This document shows positions 21,651 through 32,052 of a DNA stretch of 64,000 nt, piece after piece. The position numbers and the translations under genes were made by a program. Source of the stretch: Candidatus Latescibacterota bacterium (GTDB lineage Bacteria; Latescibacterota; CBDEFO01); the NCBI GenBank assembly GCA_965237525.1, contig CBDEFO010000008.1:1120001-1184000 (forward strand). The letters are read 5' to 3'. Below the pieces are notes generated by a model. That model was not told the origin of the DNA and ran no database searches. It worked only from the letters and a program-made list of their open reading frames with translations. The first letter of the stretch is position 1. Every line of letters begins with the position of its first letter.

Positions 21651-21811
21651 TGTTCTACTTTAGTCTGGAGAAAGACCGCCGCTACCTATCCCTTGTAATC
21701 GGCATGCTTGGCAGCTCCACGAGGTATGTCTTTTACCTTCTGCAATGACAGAAAGCCAAAGCTAATCAATCTCTGTTAGACTGCCTCCATCCTGGCACCC
21801 TGTCTGCTACA

Positions 21812-22240
21812 TTAATATCGCCCCTCAGCTTTATCAGCCGTATACAGGTCGAAAGGTCCATGATCGGGGTTCTTCACAAAGTCCCCGTATTTTGCCTTGC
21901 ACTTATAGCAGATCGTCACTTCCGGACGCGTGCGGTACAATATCCAGTCCAAAAGAGCCCCGGCAAAGAGACTCATAAGATAGGTGTGATAGCTAAAAAG
22001 GATGCTGATCCCCACTATGCCCAAGCCCAGGAACTTGTTGAAATCCTTCTGGACGTAAAACTTCTCAAAACCGCACACGCAACACTTGTCGACAACTTTC
22101 GATTTTCGGATGGACTCTGACACATCGAAGGAGTTGGAACAGTTGGCACAGCTTATCCTGTTCTCCTCCAGATTCTCTATACTGTTCTTAGAAAGACAGG
22201 ACGGACAGCGGAAAGTTACCCTCATTTTAGCGATAAACAA
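21812..22240 (-). CDS. Hypothetical zinc-ribbon membrane protein
   Basis: Four CxxC motifs flanking a hydrophobic hairpin; YVQKDFN motif. Confidence 0.7.
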   Translation of the reverse strand: MFIAKMRVTFRCPSCLSKNSIENLEENRISCANCSNSFDVSESIRKSKVVDKCCVCGFEKFYVQKDFNKFLGLGIVGISILFSYHTYLMSLFAGALLDWILYRTRPEVTICYKCKAKYGDFVKNPDHGPFDLYTADKAEGRY

Positions 22241-22454
22241 GGAGTAAGAACTACCTCAATTGCGATAAAGGCTCAGGGCAAATCAAGTAGACAGTAGCCC
22301 CCGCTCCCCGATAGACTCAATCGGGGATGCAATCAGGGGTAGACAGTAGACAGGGTATCCCTTCCGCCCTGCATGCTGTCCACCGACTTCTGTAATGTAC
22401 AGATATCTCTACGCCTTGATCGTACAGTAAAATACGGTCTCCAATCTTACTCTA

Positions 22455-23828
22455 TCACGAAGGACGCGTTCCTGTGAGGACGGCGTGAGCAGCGCCCGGC
22501 TTGGCATCAGAATAACGATATGCCCTTTGAGCCGATGGTTTCCCTAAGATCGTACTTCCCAAGACCTTAGATGCCGTCTTGCTGGCTACGTAGGGTTTCC
22601 TTATGTCAAACGGATTCTTCTCTATATAAGCCTTCCAGTCGCCGAGATTAGCTTTCGTCTGGATCATTCCTTTGACCATGCCGACGTCGTTGAGCATGCC
22701 CACATCGTCCGCCGGACCTATGAAGATGGAGCCCACTATCCTATCGTCGTCCCATACCAACTTTCGAAGTATAGGCCTTGAGGGGTTCGCAATTTCTGTC
22801 ACATCATGGTCCTCCCCCTGCCATATGCCGAAGCTTGCACAGTGGAGCCCGAGCACGTTGAGCACGTTCATAAGCAGACTTCCGGCGTACGCTGTTTCCT
22901 GTCCGGCCATATTTGCGCCTGCCACGCGGCCGTGGTCTATTGCTGTGGGCTGAATGGCGTGGACGGCTTTTTTCCCTGTCGAAAGGTCGGGACCCTCAGC
23001 CATATCTCCGGCAGCGTAGATATCAGGGATATTGGTCTGCATCTTCTGGTTCAGAAGAATGCCCTGGTTGGTCTCTATGCCTGAGCCTTTTACCAGGTCT
23101 ATGTTTGCGGTTATACCTGTGGCCATGATCACCAGATCAGCAGTCAAGTCCTGCCCGCTGGCCAGCTTGACGTTCTTCTTTCCACTTGAAGTTGTGTCTA
23201 TATTTGTGACACTCGTCCCGGTAAAGACCTTAACGCCCTTTTTCTCCAGCCACTTTTGCACCATCTGGGCGCTATTATTATCCAGCATCCGGGGGAGGAT
23301 CTGATCTTCGAGCTCCACCACGCTCAAGTTCCAGTGGAGCTTGCCCATAGCGTTCAGGACGATAAAGCCTATAAAGCCGGCCCCGATCATCACCACGTCC
23401 GCTACCTCTCCACCCGCAGAGAGAGCTTTCCTGGCATCGTTGAGGGTCCAGAGGTTATAGACCCCATCACCGTCTGCGCCCGGAATATCCAGCATCTGAG
23501 CCGAAGATCCTGTAGCGATTAAGAGCTTGTCGTACTCAACCGATGCCCCGTCATCCAGGGACACCTGATTCGACTTTGAATCTATAGACGAAACCCTCTT
23601 ACCGAACATAGTCTCCACGCCTAATTTGTCGAAGTACTCATCTCCTCCAGTATAGACATGTTTTTCGTTTATCTCTCCTGCGATGAAGTACGGCAGGACC
23701 ATCCTTGAGTATGCGGGTTCATCTGAGATCAAGGTGATGGACGAGCCTTTGCCGTCTATCTGTCTTATCGTCTCTATGGCGTTGATCCCTGCAGGGCCGC
23801 CTCCTACTATCACGTTCTTATTTGCCAT
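22455..23828 (-). CDS. FAD/NAD(P)-dependent oxidoreductase (probable AOR flavoprotein subunit)
   Basis: VIVGGGPAG, LLIATGS, IGAGFIG, IYAAGD; directly downstream of the AOR gene. Confidence 0.85.
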   Translation of the reverse strand: MANKNVIVGGGPAGINAIETIRQIDGKGSSITLISDEPAYSRMVLPYFIAGEINEKHVYTGGDEYFDKLGVETMFGKRVSSIDSKSNQVSLDDGASVEYDKLLIATGSSAQMLDIPGADGDGVYNLWTLNDARKALSAGGEVADVVMIGAGFIGFIVLNAMGKLHWNLSVVELEDQILPRMLDNNSAQMVQKWLEKKGVKVFTGTSVTNIDTTSSGKKNVKLASGQDLTADLVIMATGITANIDLVKGSGIETNQGILLNQKMQTNIPDIYAAGDMAEGPDLSTGKKAVHAIQPTAIDHGRVAGANMAGQETAYAGSLLMNVLNVLGLHCASFGIWQGEDHDVTEIANPSRPILRKLVWDDDRIVGSIFIGPADDVGMLNDVGMVKGMIQTKANLGDWKAYIEKNPFDIRKPYVASKTASKVLGSTILGKPSAQRAYRYSDAKPGAAHAVLTGTRPS

Positions 23829-23896
23829 ATCTATTCCCTCCGCAAAACAAGTAGACAGAAGTCAGGGCACCTCTTCGGCTCCCTTGAGATTGGTTT

Positions 23897-23989
23897 GGGG
23901 TTTCACCCCTCCGCAATGACAGAAGATATCAGTAGCGATTAAACCGTCATTGCTTCCCCTCGATTGAATCATCGGGGGGAAGCAATCTC
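23897..23989. repeat. Composite REP doublet (REPIN-like), copy A
   Basis: GAGATTG..GGGG..CCCCT..GCAATGAC-spacer-CAGTAGCGA.TAAACCG..ATTGC..CCCC.GATTGAATC.ATCGGGGGGAAGCAATCT; homologous to 51417-51523. Confidence 0.75.
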
Positions 23990-24017
23990 AATTCTGTCGT
24001 TGAAACGATTCTCGCTA

Positions 24018-25862
24018 TTAGGCTGAAAGTCCAAGTTCGGCAAGTTTTTCGGGCGTTGGTTTTCCGTCGGATGTCCAGCCTCTAAGTTCGTAATATTCAG
24101 GCAACATCTCGTCCAGTTTGCTTACCTGACCCTTAGTAGGACCTTCTGGAATCACCTCCTGGAGGATGCGCTTGGGCAGAGTATCGTCCTTGCCCGTAAA
24201 GCCCGCCTTCTGGTTCCACAGCCGCTCGAGGTTCCATATCCTCTCGCCGGCCTGCATAAGTCCCTCCATATCGTAGTCTATTCCGGTCGCCGCGGTAAGC
24301 TCAGGCAATACGTCCTCCAGTCCGATGGCGAATGTGAGGAAGAGACATAGTCCCGTAGCATCGACGACAGATGTAGCGTCCTGAAATATTTTGGTTAGCT
24401 CCGCCTTGCCCTCTGTTGCGGAAGGATCCATCTTCTGAGGGATGCCCAATACCTCAGGCGCTACGGTGTATGCCTTAAGATGGCATGCTCCTCTGTTACT
24501 AGTGGCGTAGCCTAATCCCATCCCCTGCAGGGTCCTGGGATCGTACGCCGGGAACTCTGAGCCTTTAACACCCATGAAAAGATCAGGTTGTCCGTACTTC
24601 TCCGTCAGGCGCTTGGCTCCTTCAGCTAAAATGTCTCCGAATCCCTCTCTGTATCCTGTCTTTTCCACCATAGCCACTAAAGCGTCTCCACTTCCGAACA
24701 AGAGAGGCATCCCTGTCAGATCGTCGGATATATGCCCCTTCTCATAGAGCTCCATCCCCGCTGCCAGGGTGGCTCCCATTGAGATCGGATCGAGACCTAG
24801 CTCGTTGCAAAGATAGTTCGCTTTGATCAGGGCGTCCATATCGTCCACGCCGCAGTCGGCTCCCATCGCCCATGCAGGTTCGTACTCCGGTCCTTCGGTC
24901 GCTATTTTCCAGTTTCTCGGATGCGTCGTCACCATGAATTTGCCAGCCGCATCCTCCGGGAGTTTGGTCACACGTCCGCAGGCTATCGTGCAAGCAAAGC
25001 AAGCCTTGTTAGCTTCCAAGCGTGTGTCAGATAGTGTCTCACCGCTTATGTTCTCCGCTCTCCCAAACTGGGCCTTCTGGAAGTTGTTCGTGGGGAGTGA
25101 CCCGTGTTCGTTTATCACGTTCATCAGCACCAGGGTCCCGTATGTCGGCAGACCTTCGCCCGTCACGGGGTGCTCGCTGACCTTCGCCTTGAGGGCCCAC
25201 ATAGCGTTCATAAAGCCCTCCGGGTCGGCCAATGAAACTTGCCCTGTCCCTCGAACGGCGATGGCCTTGAGGTTTTTGGACCCCATAACGGCCCCTACAC
25301 CCGAACGACCCGCAGCTCTGTGTCTGTCGTTCATAATTGCGGCGAACTTGACAAGATTCTCTCCCGCAGGACCGATATTTGCAACTACAGCGTCCGGGAC
25401 TCCGACCTCACTCCGTACACCGTCTTCGGTCTCCCAGACAGTCTTGCCCCACAGACTCTCCGCAGAGCGTATCTCAACCTGATCGTCGTATATCCAGATG
25501 TACGATGGTTTGTCAGCTTTGCCCTCTATGATCAGAAGGTCGTATCCCGCAAACTTAAACTCCGGTCCCCAGTGACCTCCGGAGTTAGAAGTGGTAATAG
25601 TATTTGTCAAAGGACCCTTTGTTATAACCATGTAACGCGCCCCACACGATGCGTTAGTCCCCGTCAGCGGGCCTGTGGCAAAGATAAGCTTGTTCTCAGG
25701 ACTTAGCGGATCTGTCTTCGGGTCCATCTCCTCGTACAGATACCTTGCACCGACACCCCTTCCTCCTATGAAATCTCTGGCCCATTGAGCGTTCAGGCCT
25801 TCCACCTCGGATGTACCCTTTGTGAGGTTTACGCGAAGTACTTTTCCCGTCCATCCGTACAT
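24018..25862 (-). CDS. aor: Tungsten-containing aldehyde:ferredoxin oxidoreductase
   Basis: MYGWTGKVLRVNL, SNSGGHWG, IGPAGEN, RAAGRSGVGAVMGSKNLKA, CFACTIAC, EGPEYE, YDPR, NRGACH, DDTLPKR. Confidence 0.95.
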   Translation of the reverse strand: MYGWTGKVLRVNLTKGTSEVEGLNAQWARDFIGGRGVGARYLYEEMDPKTDPLSPENKLIFATGPLTGTNASCGARYMVITKGPLTNTITTSNSGGHWGPEFKFAGYDLLIIEGKADKPSYIWIYDDQVEIRSAESLWGKTVWETEDGVRSEVGVPDAVVANIGPAGENLVKFAAIMNDRHRAAGRSGVGAVMGSKNLKAIAVRGTGQVSLADPEGFMNAMWALKAKVSEHPVTGEGLPTYGTLVLMNVINEHGSLPTNNFQKAQFGRAENISGETLSDTRLEANKACFACTIACGRVTKLPEDAAGKFMVTTHPRNWKIATEGPEYEPAWAMGADCGVDDMDALIKANYLCNELGLDPISMGATLAAGMELYEKGHISDDLTGMPLLFGSGDALVAMVEKTGYREGFGDILAEGAKRLTEKYGQPDLFMGVKGSEFPAYDPRTLQGMGLGYATSNRGACHLKAYTVAPEVLGIPQKMDPSATEGKAELTKIFQDATSVVDATGLCLFLTFAIGLEDVLPELTAATGIDYDMEGLMQAGERIWNLERLWNQKAGFTGKDDTLPKRILQEVIPEGPTKGQVSKLDEMLPEYYELRGWTSDGKPTPEKLAELGLSA

Positions 25863-26347
25863 TATGCTACACCTCCTCTCATCGTCTCAGCGTAGACTGT
25901 GTTCACCCTATCCGACCATGGGCCTATCCAATCGGGGTCTTCCACTTCTACGTACTCTATTGCTGAGGTCGGGCAGGATCTGGCGCAGGCGGGATCGCCG
26001 CTGCAAAGGTCGCACTTGAAGGCCTTATTTGTATCCGGGTTGTAAAAGACGGTCCCAAAGGGACACGCTATCATACATAGAGCGCATCCGACGCATGTGT
26101 CCTCCGCAACGACCTTTGCTCCTGTATCTGCATCTATGCCGATAGCGTTGACAGGACAGGCTGTCATACACCACGCCTCATCGCACTGAAAGCAGGTGTA
26201 GGGTGAAAAGGTGGCCTGCTCATCGAAGATGTTCACTCGTATGAGCGATCTTGAAGGTTGAAACGTGCCGGTCTGTACCCAAGAACATGCCAGCTCACAC
26301 TGCATACACCCGGTGCATCTTTCGGGGATGATGTTAAGCGTTTTCAT
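25862..26347 (-). CDS. 4Fe-4S polyferredoxin subunit (AorA-like)
   Basis: Four 4Fe-4S-type Cys groups (CTGCMQC..C, CFQC...C..CP, CVGCALC...CP, KCDLC...C...CP); coupled to aor. Confidence 0.9.
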   Translation of the reverse strand: MKTLNIIPERCTGCMQCELACSWVQTGTFQPSRSLIRVNIFDEQATFSPYTCFQCDEAWCMTACPVNAIGIDADTGAKVVAEDTCVGCALCMIACPFGTVFYNPDTNKAFKCDLCSGDPACARSCPTSAIEYVEVEDPDWIGPWSDRVNTVYAETMRGGVA

Positions 26348-26498
26348 ATACTTGCTCCTCCTTTCTCAAGTAGACAGTAGAACAGATATTCACCTCTGTT
26401 AAGTAGACAGATAAGATTGCATCGTCAGACAGGAATGTCTGACCCACCGAGCTTAAGCACAAGCAATCTCACTTAGGCTGCCTTTCTCTGTTTGCTGT

Positions 26499-28745
26499 CT
26501 AATGATTTTTGCCGTTGTTCTTGATAGCTGTTACTATCCTCTCGAGGTTTACGGGGATGTCGTTGATCCTGATTCCTATAGCATCATAGACTGCGTTTGC
26601 CATGGTAGCTAACGTCGGAGCTATCGGAGGCTCACCTACTCCCTTTGCGCCGTAAGGCCCGTTTTCTATGGGGACCTCGACTATTACCGACTCCAGCATG
26701 GGCAGATCCAGGGCTGTGGGGATCTGATAGTCCAGAAGGTTGGGATTGCTGTTCGTCTGACCTTCGTACTTCATCTCCTCCATAATCCCCCAGGAGAGGC
26801 CCTGTATAGCTCCACCCTCCATCTGACCCTCTATTGCTGGAGGATTAAGCGCTGTGCCCACGTCCAGAGAGCCTGCAAACCTCAACACCTTGATCCTACC
26901 TGTTCCAGGATCGATCTTTATCTTGGCTATCTGCGCCGAAATTACAGGTGCGCTCGGATGGGGTGAAAATACACCGCTTTCGACTATGGGACCTCCATGG
27001 GCGTGGAGGCTCGCAGTAGCCACCTCCTGAAGCGTTATCGTCTCATCGGGAGATCCCAGGACAAAGACCTTCCCGTCCTTTATATCCAGATCCTCAGGAG
27101 ACGCTTCCAGGATCTCAGAGGCGATCCTAAGTATCCTCGCTTTGACTTTCTCTGCAGCCTGTTTGACAGCATTGCCTTGGGAGAAAGTCACGGCGCTTCC
27201 ACCGCTGCCGATGGCAAAGGGTACACTGTCGGTATCTCCTCTTTTCATAAGAACGCTCTCGTAGGAAACGCCCAGTGTCTCAGCGGCTATACAGGCTAGA
27301 GCTGTATCTGTGCCTGAGATGTCCATCGTCCCGTGGTGCACCTTCGCGGTTCCGTCCTCATGCAGTGAGATGCACGCGCTGGTGCCTCCTGCTCCGTTCG
27401 TCCACTCTCCAACGGCGACTCCCCATCCTTCGTGCTCTCCCTTTTTTCTGTTCGGCCAGTCCACTTTAGCCGCAACAGCCTGAAGAGTCTCCCTGAGCCC
27501 AACTACCGGCGCACTTCCACCCTCAGGGAGCTTATCCCCCTCAACTAACATGTTCTTCAATCTCAAATCCACAGGGTCTATGTCCAGTTCACAGGCAATC
27601 CTGTCCAGTTGAGCCTCCGAAGCGAAAGTCATCTGAGGGGCTCCAGGTGCCCTGTAAGCTGCCGGGGAGGGCTTGTTCGTATATACGGCATAGGCATCGT
27701 ATTTGATGTTCAGGATCTTATAGACGCCTTTGATCCTTCCTGTCTGTCCTATGGATGCCCCCGGCGCGACGCCTGTATCCCAGTAAGCGGACGCCTGCCT
27801 TGCTGTTATCATCCCGTCTTTCTTCACAGCCGTCTTTAGGGTTATCACGCATCCGGGAGCGGGTCTTCCGTCCAGGAACTCTTCATATCTGGACATCACG
27901 ATTTTGACCGGATGTCCCGTCGCCTGAGATAGGAGGACGGCATAAGGGTGATCCAGCATTCCGAACTTGGCTCCGAACCCCCCGCCTATGGTTGTTCCTA
28001 TCACATTGATCTTAGATATGGGAATATTCAGGGAGCTTGTCACGCTCGACCTGACGGAGAATATGCCCTGGGTGCACGTCCAGATGTTCACCTTCCCCGT
28101 AGGGTCCATGTCCGCCGCCACAGCGTTGGGTTCTATATAGGTGTGGTGAACCCTCGGGATAGTGTACGTATCCTCGAAGACGTAGTCGGCCTTTGAAAAT
28201 GCCTTGTCGACATCACCGGCGCTGTAGTGGGTCTCCCCCGCTATGTTGTAAAGTTTCCTGCCGTCCGGTCCTTCTATCGGCTCCACTTCCTCGTGTACCA
28301 GGGGAGCGTCCGGCTTTATGGCCTCCATCGGGTCGAAGACCGGCTTAAGCTCGTCGAATTCAACGTGGATAAGGTCGAGAGCGTCCTCAGCGATGTCGGG
28401 GTCTGTGGCCGCAACCGCCGCTATCTTCTGGCCCTGATAGCGTACCTTTTCTGAGGCAAAAAATTCCTGTGCTAACTTCATTCCGTGCGCCATGTCGTTC
28501 GTGGCAAGGACCTGTCCAGATGCTAAGTCCTTATATGTCAGCACCGCTTTGACTCCCGGAAGCTTCCGTGCTCTGCTGGTATCTAAATTCACGATCTTTG
28601 CGTGGGAGTAAGGGCTCCTTAAAGACTTTCCGTAAAGCATCCCTGGCAGATAGATATCTGCCGCGTACACCGCCCGCCCCGTCGCCTTCTCAAATGCATC
28701 CACTCTTGGGAGTCTCTTACCAAGAACGGAATAGTCTTGGGCCAT
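26499..28745 (-). CDS. Xanthine dehydrogenase-family molybdopterin-binding large subunit
   Basis: RSPYSHAKI, GGGFGAK, AYRAPG, EGQMEGG, GAKGVGEPP. Confidence 0.92.
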   Translation of the reverse strand: MAQDYSVLGKRLPRVDAFEKATGRAVYAADIYLPGMLYGKSLRSPYSHAKIVNLDTSRARKLPGVKAVLTYKDLASGQVLATNDMAHGMKLAQEFFASEKVRYQGQKIAAVAATDPDIAEDALDLIHVEFDELKPVFDPMEAIKPDAPLVHEEVEPIEGPDGRKLYNIAGETHYSAGDVDKAFSKADYVFEDTYTIPRVHHTYIEPNAVAADMDPTGKVNIWTCTQGIFSVRSSVTSSLNIPISKINVIGTTIGGGFGAKFGMLDHPYAVLLSQATGHPVKIVMSRYEEFLDGRPAPGCVITLKTAVKKDGMITARQASAYWDTGVAPGASIGQTGRIKGVYKILNIKYDAYAVYTNKPSPAAYRAPGAPQMTFASEAQLDRIACELDIDPVDLRLKNMLVEGDKLPEGGSAPVVGLRETLQAVAAKVDWPNRKKGEHEGWGVAVGEWTNGAGGTSACISLHEDGTAKVHHGTMDISGTDTALACIAAETLGVSYESVLMKRGDTDSVPFAIGSGGSAVTFSQGNAVKQAAEKVKARILRIASEILEASPEDLDIKDGKVFVLGSPDETITLQEVATASLHAHGGPIVESGVFSPHPSAPVISAQIAKIKIDPGTGRIKVLRFAGSLDVGTALNPPAIEGQMEGGAIQGLSWGIMEEMKYEGQTNSNPNLLDYQIPTALDLPMLESVIVEVPIENGPYGAKGVGEPPIAPTLATMANAVYDAIGIRINDIPVNLERIVTAIKNNGKNH

Positions 28746-28793
28746 CTTCTGTATCCCCTTTTAGATTAATTCAGGGCGAAATGATTTTTATGA

Positions 28794-30635
28794 TTAAGAC
28801 TGGTCTCTCCATTTCCTCGGCCAAGTACTGCCGTATTCCTTATACTTTTGGTTACAGTTAAGTACTATCAAATTCTCACGTGCTCTTGTAATGGCAGTAT
28901 AAACGATGGCATCAAGTCTCTTTAAATCCCATCGCCACTCTTCAGGAATTAGCAAAACCACATTCAATATTTCCCAACCTTTGAAACTATGTATCGTGCA
29001 CATTTTTAGACGGCCATCACCAAGCCAAAAAGCCTTTTTATGGGGATGGAACTTCCTTTCCTCATCATCTTCGAAAACATGATTGACATCTGTTATTGCC
29101 CTGTGGTTTATAAAGTATTCCACACATTCCATACCGATAAATCTATCAGGTAAAAGGATAACAATATCTGATGGATGTTGACTTTGTTTTTTTAACCGTT
29201 TATAGGCGAATTCGATACTAGATAAGCATTCATCGCTTTTTATATTTACCCAGACAAGGTGTGGATCAGGGTCTCGGTTGAACAAACTCAACTGTACTAC
29301 ATCTTCTACTTCGACAGTTTGCTCAAGTTCGAAGAGTCGACTAAATCTACTTGCCTCATCAGCTACTCTCCTAGGCAATCGAAACACAGCTCTTAGTTCT
29401 CTCCAGCGACCCCGAAATTTGACATTTTCCATTGTTCCGTCTATCCAACTTAGGTCTCGTGTAAATATGTTTTGCTGTTTATCGCAAACCAAAAACAACT
29501 CATCTCGCTCCGTCAAGAATTGAGATAGACAATTATACCATTCCCAAACAAAATCTTGGCCTTCATCAATCAATATTGCATCCCATTTTAGATATTCCCT
29601 TCCAGCAATTGTTTTTAAAACTTCATCTGGAACTATTTTAGTAAAAAACTCGTCGCCCGCACCTTTAGGCCAGGCTCTACCAAAGTAGTTCAGTGTGTCA
29701 TTGCAAAATTCATGAAAGTGGTTGAATGTTATTCTTGACCATTCGAATTCAAAAGGTGATCGGGCGATCATGTCCTTGATAAAGTGCCAAAGAGTAATAT
29801 TAAAGGTAACTACGAGGACATTAAGACCCTGAGAAGCCAACTTTGCAGCTCGATAGGCTATTACTTGAGTTTTACCACCGCCCGTAACCCCCCTCAATCT
29901 AAAATGTCCCGGTTGCGGCTCTGCATGTTCCTCTTGTCGGGGAGTCAGATCTAAAGGTTGTGTTTGCTCCAGACTGTGAAACGGAGGTTTGAGCCAAAAT
30001 AGAATTTCATCTGCCCATTCCTCTTTCATGAACTTTCCATCTCTTATACCAGAATCAGGAACTACATTTCCTAAATTATTTGACTCCAGATCATCGGATC
30101 CTACGATTTTTATCATACGGTGGGGTTTCGGTTTCCTAGCTTCAAAGAACTTTCTTGCGTTCTCCCCAGACATTCTGTGAAAATACACCCCTGTCTTTAC
30201 TAATCCCAAAGTTTTATTGTTTTTGTCTACCTCTTCACCTATTGAAGGAACAAGATAACTTATTATCTTCTTTCTGTAGTGGTTAACTTGCTTTAATGGG
30301 TCTTTGGTTTTATATGAACCTCTGCTATCACTAACATATAAATCCGAATTTTCGTTTTCACGCTCTCTTTCCCAGTGATAAGAGTTTAAGTCCCAATCCT
30401 TTACTTCGTAGATAATCATTCCGACATGTGGATTAAAAGCAATTATATCCGGACGCGTTCCACTTAGGTACGGCTGTACAAATATCTTCCAATCATTGGG
30501 TAGATTCTCTTCAAGGAACCCAGAGAGACGTCGCTCTCCATCTGTAAGTGGATTACGTAAGCGATTGATTTCCTGCCACGACGGGATAACCTGGGCACCC
30601 ACTGACATCACTCCCGTTATTTTATGCTGCCACAC
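28794..30635 (-). CDS. NERD nuclease-related domain + SF1 (UvrD-like) helicase
   Basis: RPDII...YEVKDW (PD-(D/E)xK-like), GVTGGGKT, LIDEGQDF, TIHSFKGWE, YTAITRA; AT-rich. Confidence 0.85.
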   Translation of the reverse strand: MWQHKITGVMSVGAQVIPSWQEINRLRNPLTDGERRLSGFLEENLPNDWKIFVQPYLSGTRPDIIAFNPHVGMIIYEVKDWDLNSYHWERERENENSDLYVSDSRGSYKTKDPLKQVNHYRKKIISYLVPSIGEEVDKNNKTLGLVKTGVYFHRMSGENARKFFEARKPKPHRMIKIVGSDDLESNNLGNVVPDSGIRDGKFMKEEWADEILFWLKPPFHSLEQTQPLDLTPRQEEHAEPQPGHFRLRGVTGGGKTQVIAYRAAKLASQGLNVLVVTFNITLWHFIKDMIARSPFEFEWSRITFNHFHEFCNDTLNYFGRAWPKGAGDEFFTKIVPDEVLKTIAGREYLKWDAILIDEGQDFVWEWYNCLSQFLTERDELFLVCDKQQNIFTRDLSWIDGTMENVKFRGRWRELRAVFRLPRRVADEASRFSRLFELEQTVEVEDVVQLSLFNRDPDPHLVWVNIKSDECLSSIEFAYKRLKKQSQHPSDIVILLPDRFIGMECVEYFINHRAITDVNHVFEDDEERKFHPHKKAFWLGDGRLKMCTIHSFKGWEILNVVLLIPEEWRWDLKRLDAIVYTAITRARENLIVLNCNQKYKEYGSTWPRKWRDQS

Positions 30636-30677
30636 TGTTGCATCGACAAGCTCCCACCGGTAACGATTTAGGATAAT

Positions 30678-31046
30678 CTATCTTGCTCTTTGCTTGTAGT
30701 CTTCCACAGCCGACTTGACGGCATCCTCAGCTAACACGGAACAGTGAACTTTCAGTGGAGGAAGTCCCCCTAAGGCGTTTGATACATCCTCCTTTGTAAT
30801 CTTTACTGCCTCCTCCACCCTCAGACCTTTCAGCATCTGCGTCAGCATCGAACTGGCCGCAATAGCTGCTGTACATCCGAACGTCTTAAACTTGGAGTCC
30901 CTTATCTTGCCCTCTTCGATCCTCAGATAGAGCTTCGTAGTGTCCCCGCACACGGAATTCTCGGCCTCTCCCACTCCATCTGCATACTCGATCTGGCCTA
31001 CGTTCCTCGGATTCTTGAAGTGATCCATTATGATTTCGTTGTACAT
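30678..31046 (-). CDS. iscU: Fe-S cluster scaffold IscU/NifU-N
   Basis: DHFKNPRNVG, CGD, FKTFGC, LPPLKVHCSVLAEDA. Confidence 0.93.
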   Translation of the reverse strand: MYNEIIMDHFKNPRNVGQIEYADGVGEAENSVCGDTTKLYLRIEEGKIRDSKFKTFGCTAAIAASSMLTQMLKGLRVEEAVKITKEDVSNALGGLPPLKVHCSVLAEDAVKSAVEDYKQRAR

Positions 31047-31119
31047 TCTTCAAACCCGTGGGGCGAGTGAACCTCGCCCCTACAAATCTCCAATAATCTG
31101 CACCTGTAAGGTGCGGGGA

Positions 31120-32052
31120 TCACGGTATGGCAAGTTCAAGATAAACTTGGAAGGAAGCATCCTCAATTCTTTTTTCTGCAGCTTTACAATATTCCTCTGA
31201 AATATCTATGCCCATATATCTTCTCTCCAGTTTGCAAGCAACTAAAGTGGTGGTACCCACACCGTTGAAAGGATCTAAAACAATATCATCTCGATAGCTA
31301 AACAGTTTCAACAGTCTTTCTACCAAAGCCTCAGGGAACATTGCCGGGTGGTTGTACAGCTTCATATTGCGTTCAGGTGCAATGTCCCATTTTGCATAGA
31401 CCCATTCTTTGAATTCATCCCCGGTGATGTCTATTCTGCCCGAATCTCCCTCCTTTTTATGAGATTCCTTGCAAAATATCTCCACGAATTCCCAGGTATA
31501 TTTCAGATACGGCATGCTTGGACTCTTCCAACTGCCCCAAGCAGTGTATTTGCAATTGTAATTATGCTTTTCCCATAAGATTTCACCTTTCCAGAGCATT
31601 CCCAAATCTGACAACTGCTTTGAAATGATGTGGTGCGTCGGTACATAGTCCGAAAACAACGGTTGGACGTTGACACATATTCTACCGCCCGGCTTCAGGA
31701 CTCTGAAACATTCTTTCCAGACGGAATTCAGTTTTTTAGAATACTCCCTCCAATTTACCGCATCTTCTTTCTCGTCGTCCCTGTAGTTCAGGCCGAAATT
31801 GTAAGGGGGAGAAGTAATTATTATATCCACAAAATTTTCCGGATATTCTTTCAAAACACTTTGGCTGTCCCCAGGTACAATCTTATTTACTATCGTTGAG
31901 ACATTGATCTCGTTGACCTTAGTCTCTATCTTCCTATATCCCTTGGTCCCCTTTCTTACTTTTTCCTTTTCCTTACGATCTACTACTTTTCTTTCTCTAT
32001 TTAGTAATTTGGCATCTGTATACATACTTTTCCATAACTGATGGGCGTGCAT
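31120..32052 (-). CDS. Orphan site-specific amino-DNA methyltransferase (beta class, SPPY; likely m4C)
   Basis: IITSPPYN precedes HPAMFP and VLDPFNGVGTT (beta motif order); no adjacent endonuclease gene recognised. Confidence 0.9.
   Translation of the reverse strand: MHAHQLWKSMYTDAKLLNRERKVVDRKEKEKVRKGTKGYRKIETKVNEINVSTIVNKIVPGDSQSVLKEYPENFVDIIITSPPYNFGLNYRDDEKEDAVNWREYSKKLNSVWKECFRVLKPGGRICVNVQPLFSDYVPTHHIISKQLSDLGMLWKGEILWEKHNYNCKYTAWGSWKSPSMPYLKYTWEFVEIFCKESHKKEGDSGRIDITGDEFKEWVYAKWDIAPERNMKLYNHPAMFPEALVERLLKLFSYRDDIVLDPFNGVGTTTLVACKLERRYMGIDISEEYCKAAEKRIEDASFQVYLELAIP

Noticed and set aside
21651..21811. SAM/SAH riboswitch upstream of the methionine genes
   Set aside because: No SAM-I, SAM-II or SAH consensus recognisable by eye; an Rfam scan would be needed.
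26499..28745. Aerobic CO dehydrogenase CoxL
   Set aside because: The active-site loop is AYRAPG, not AYxCSFR or AYRGAGR.
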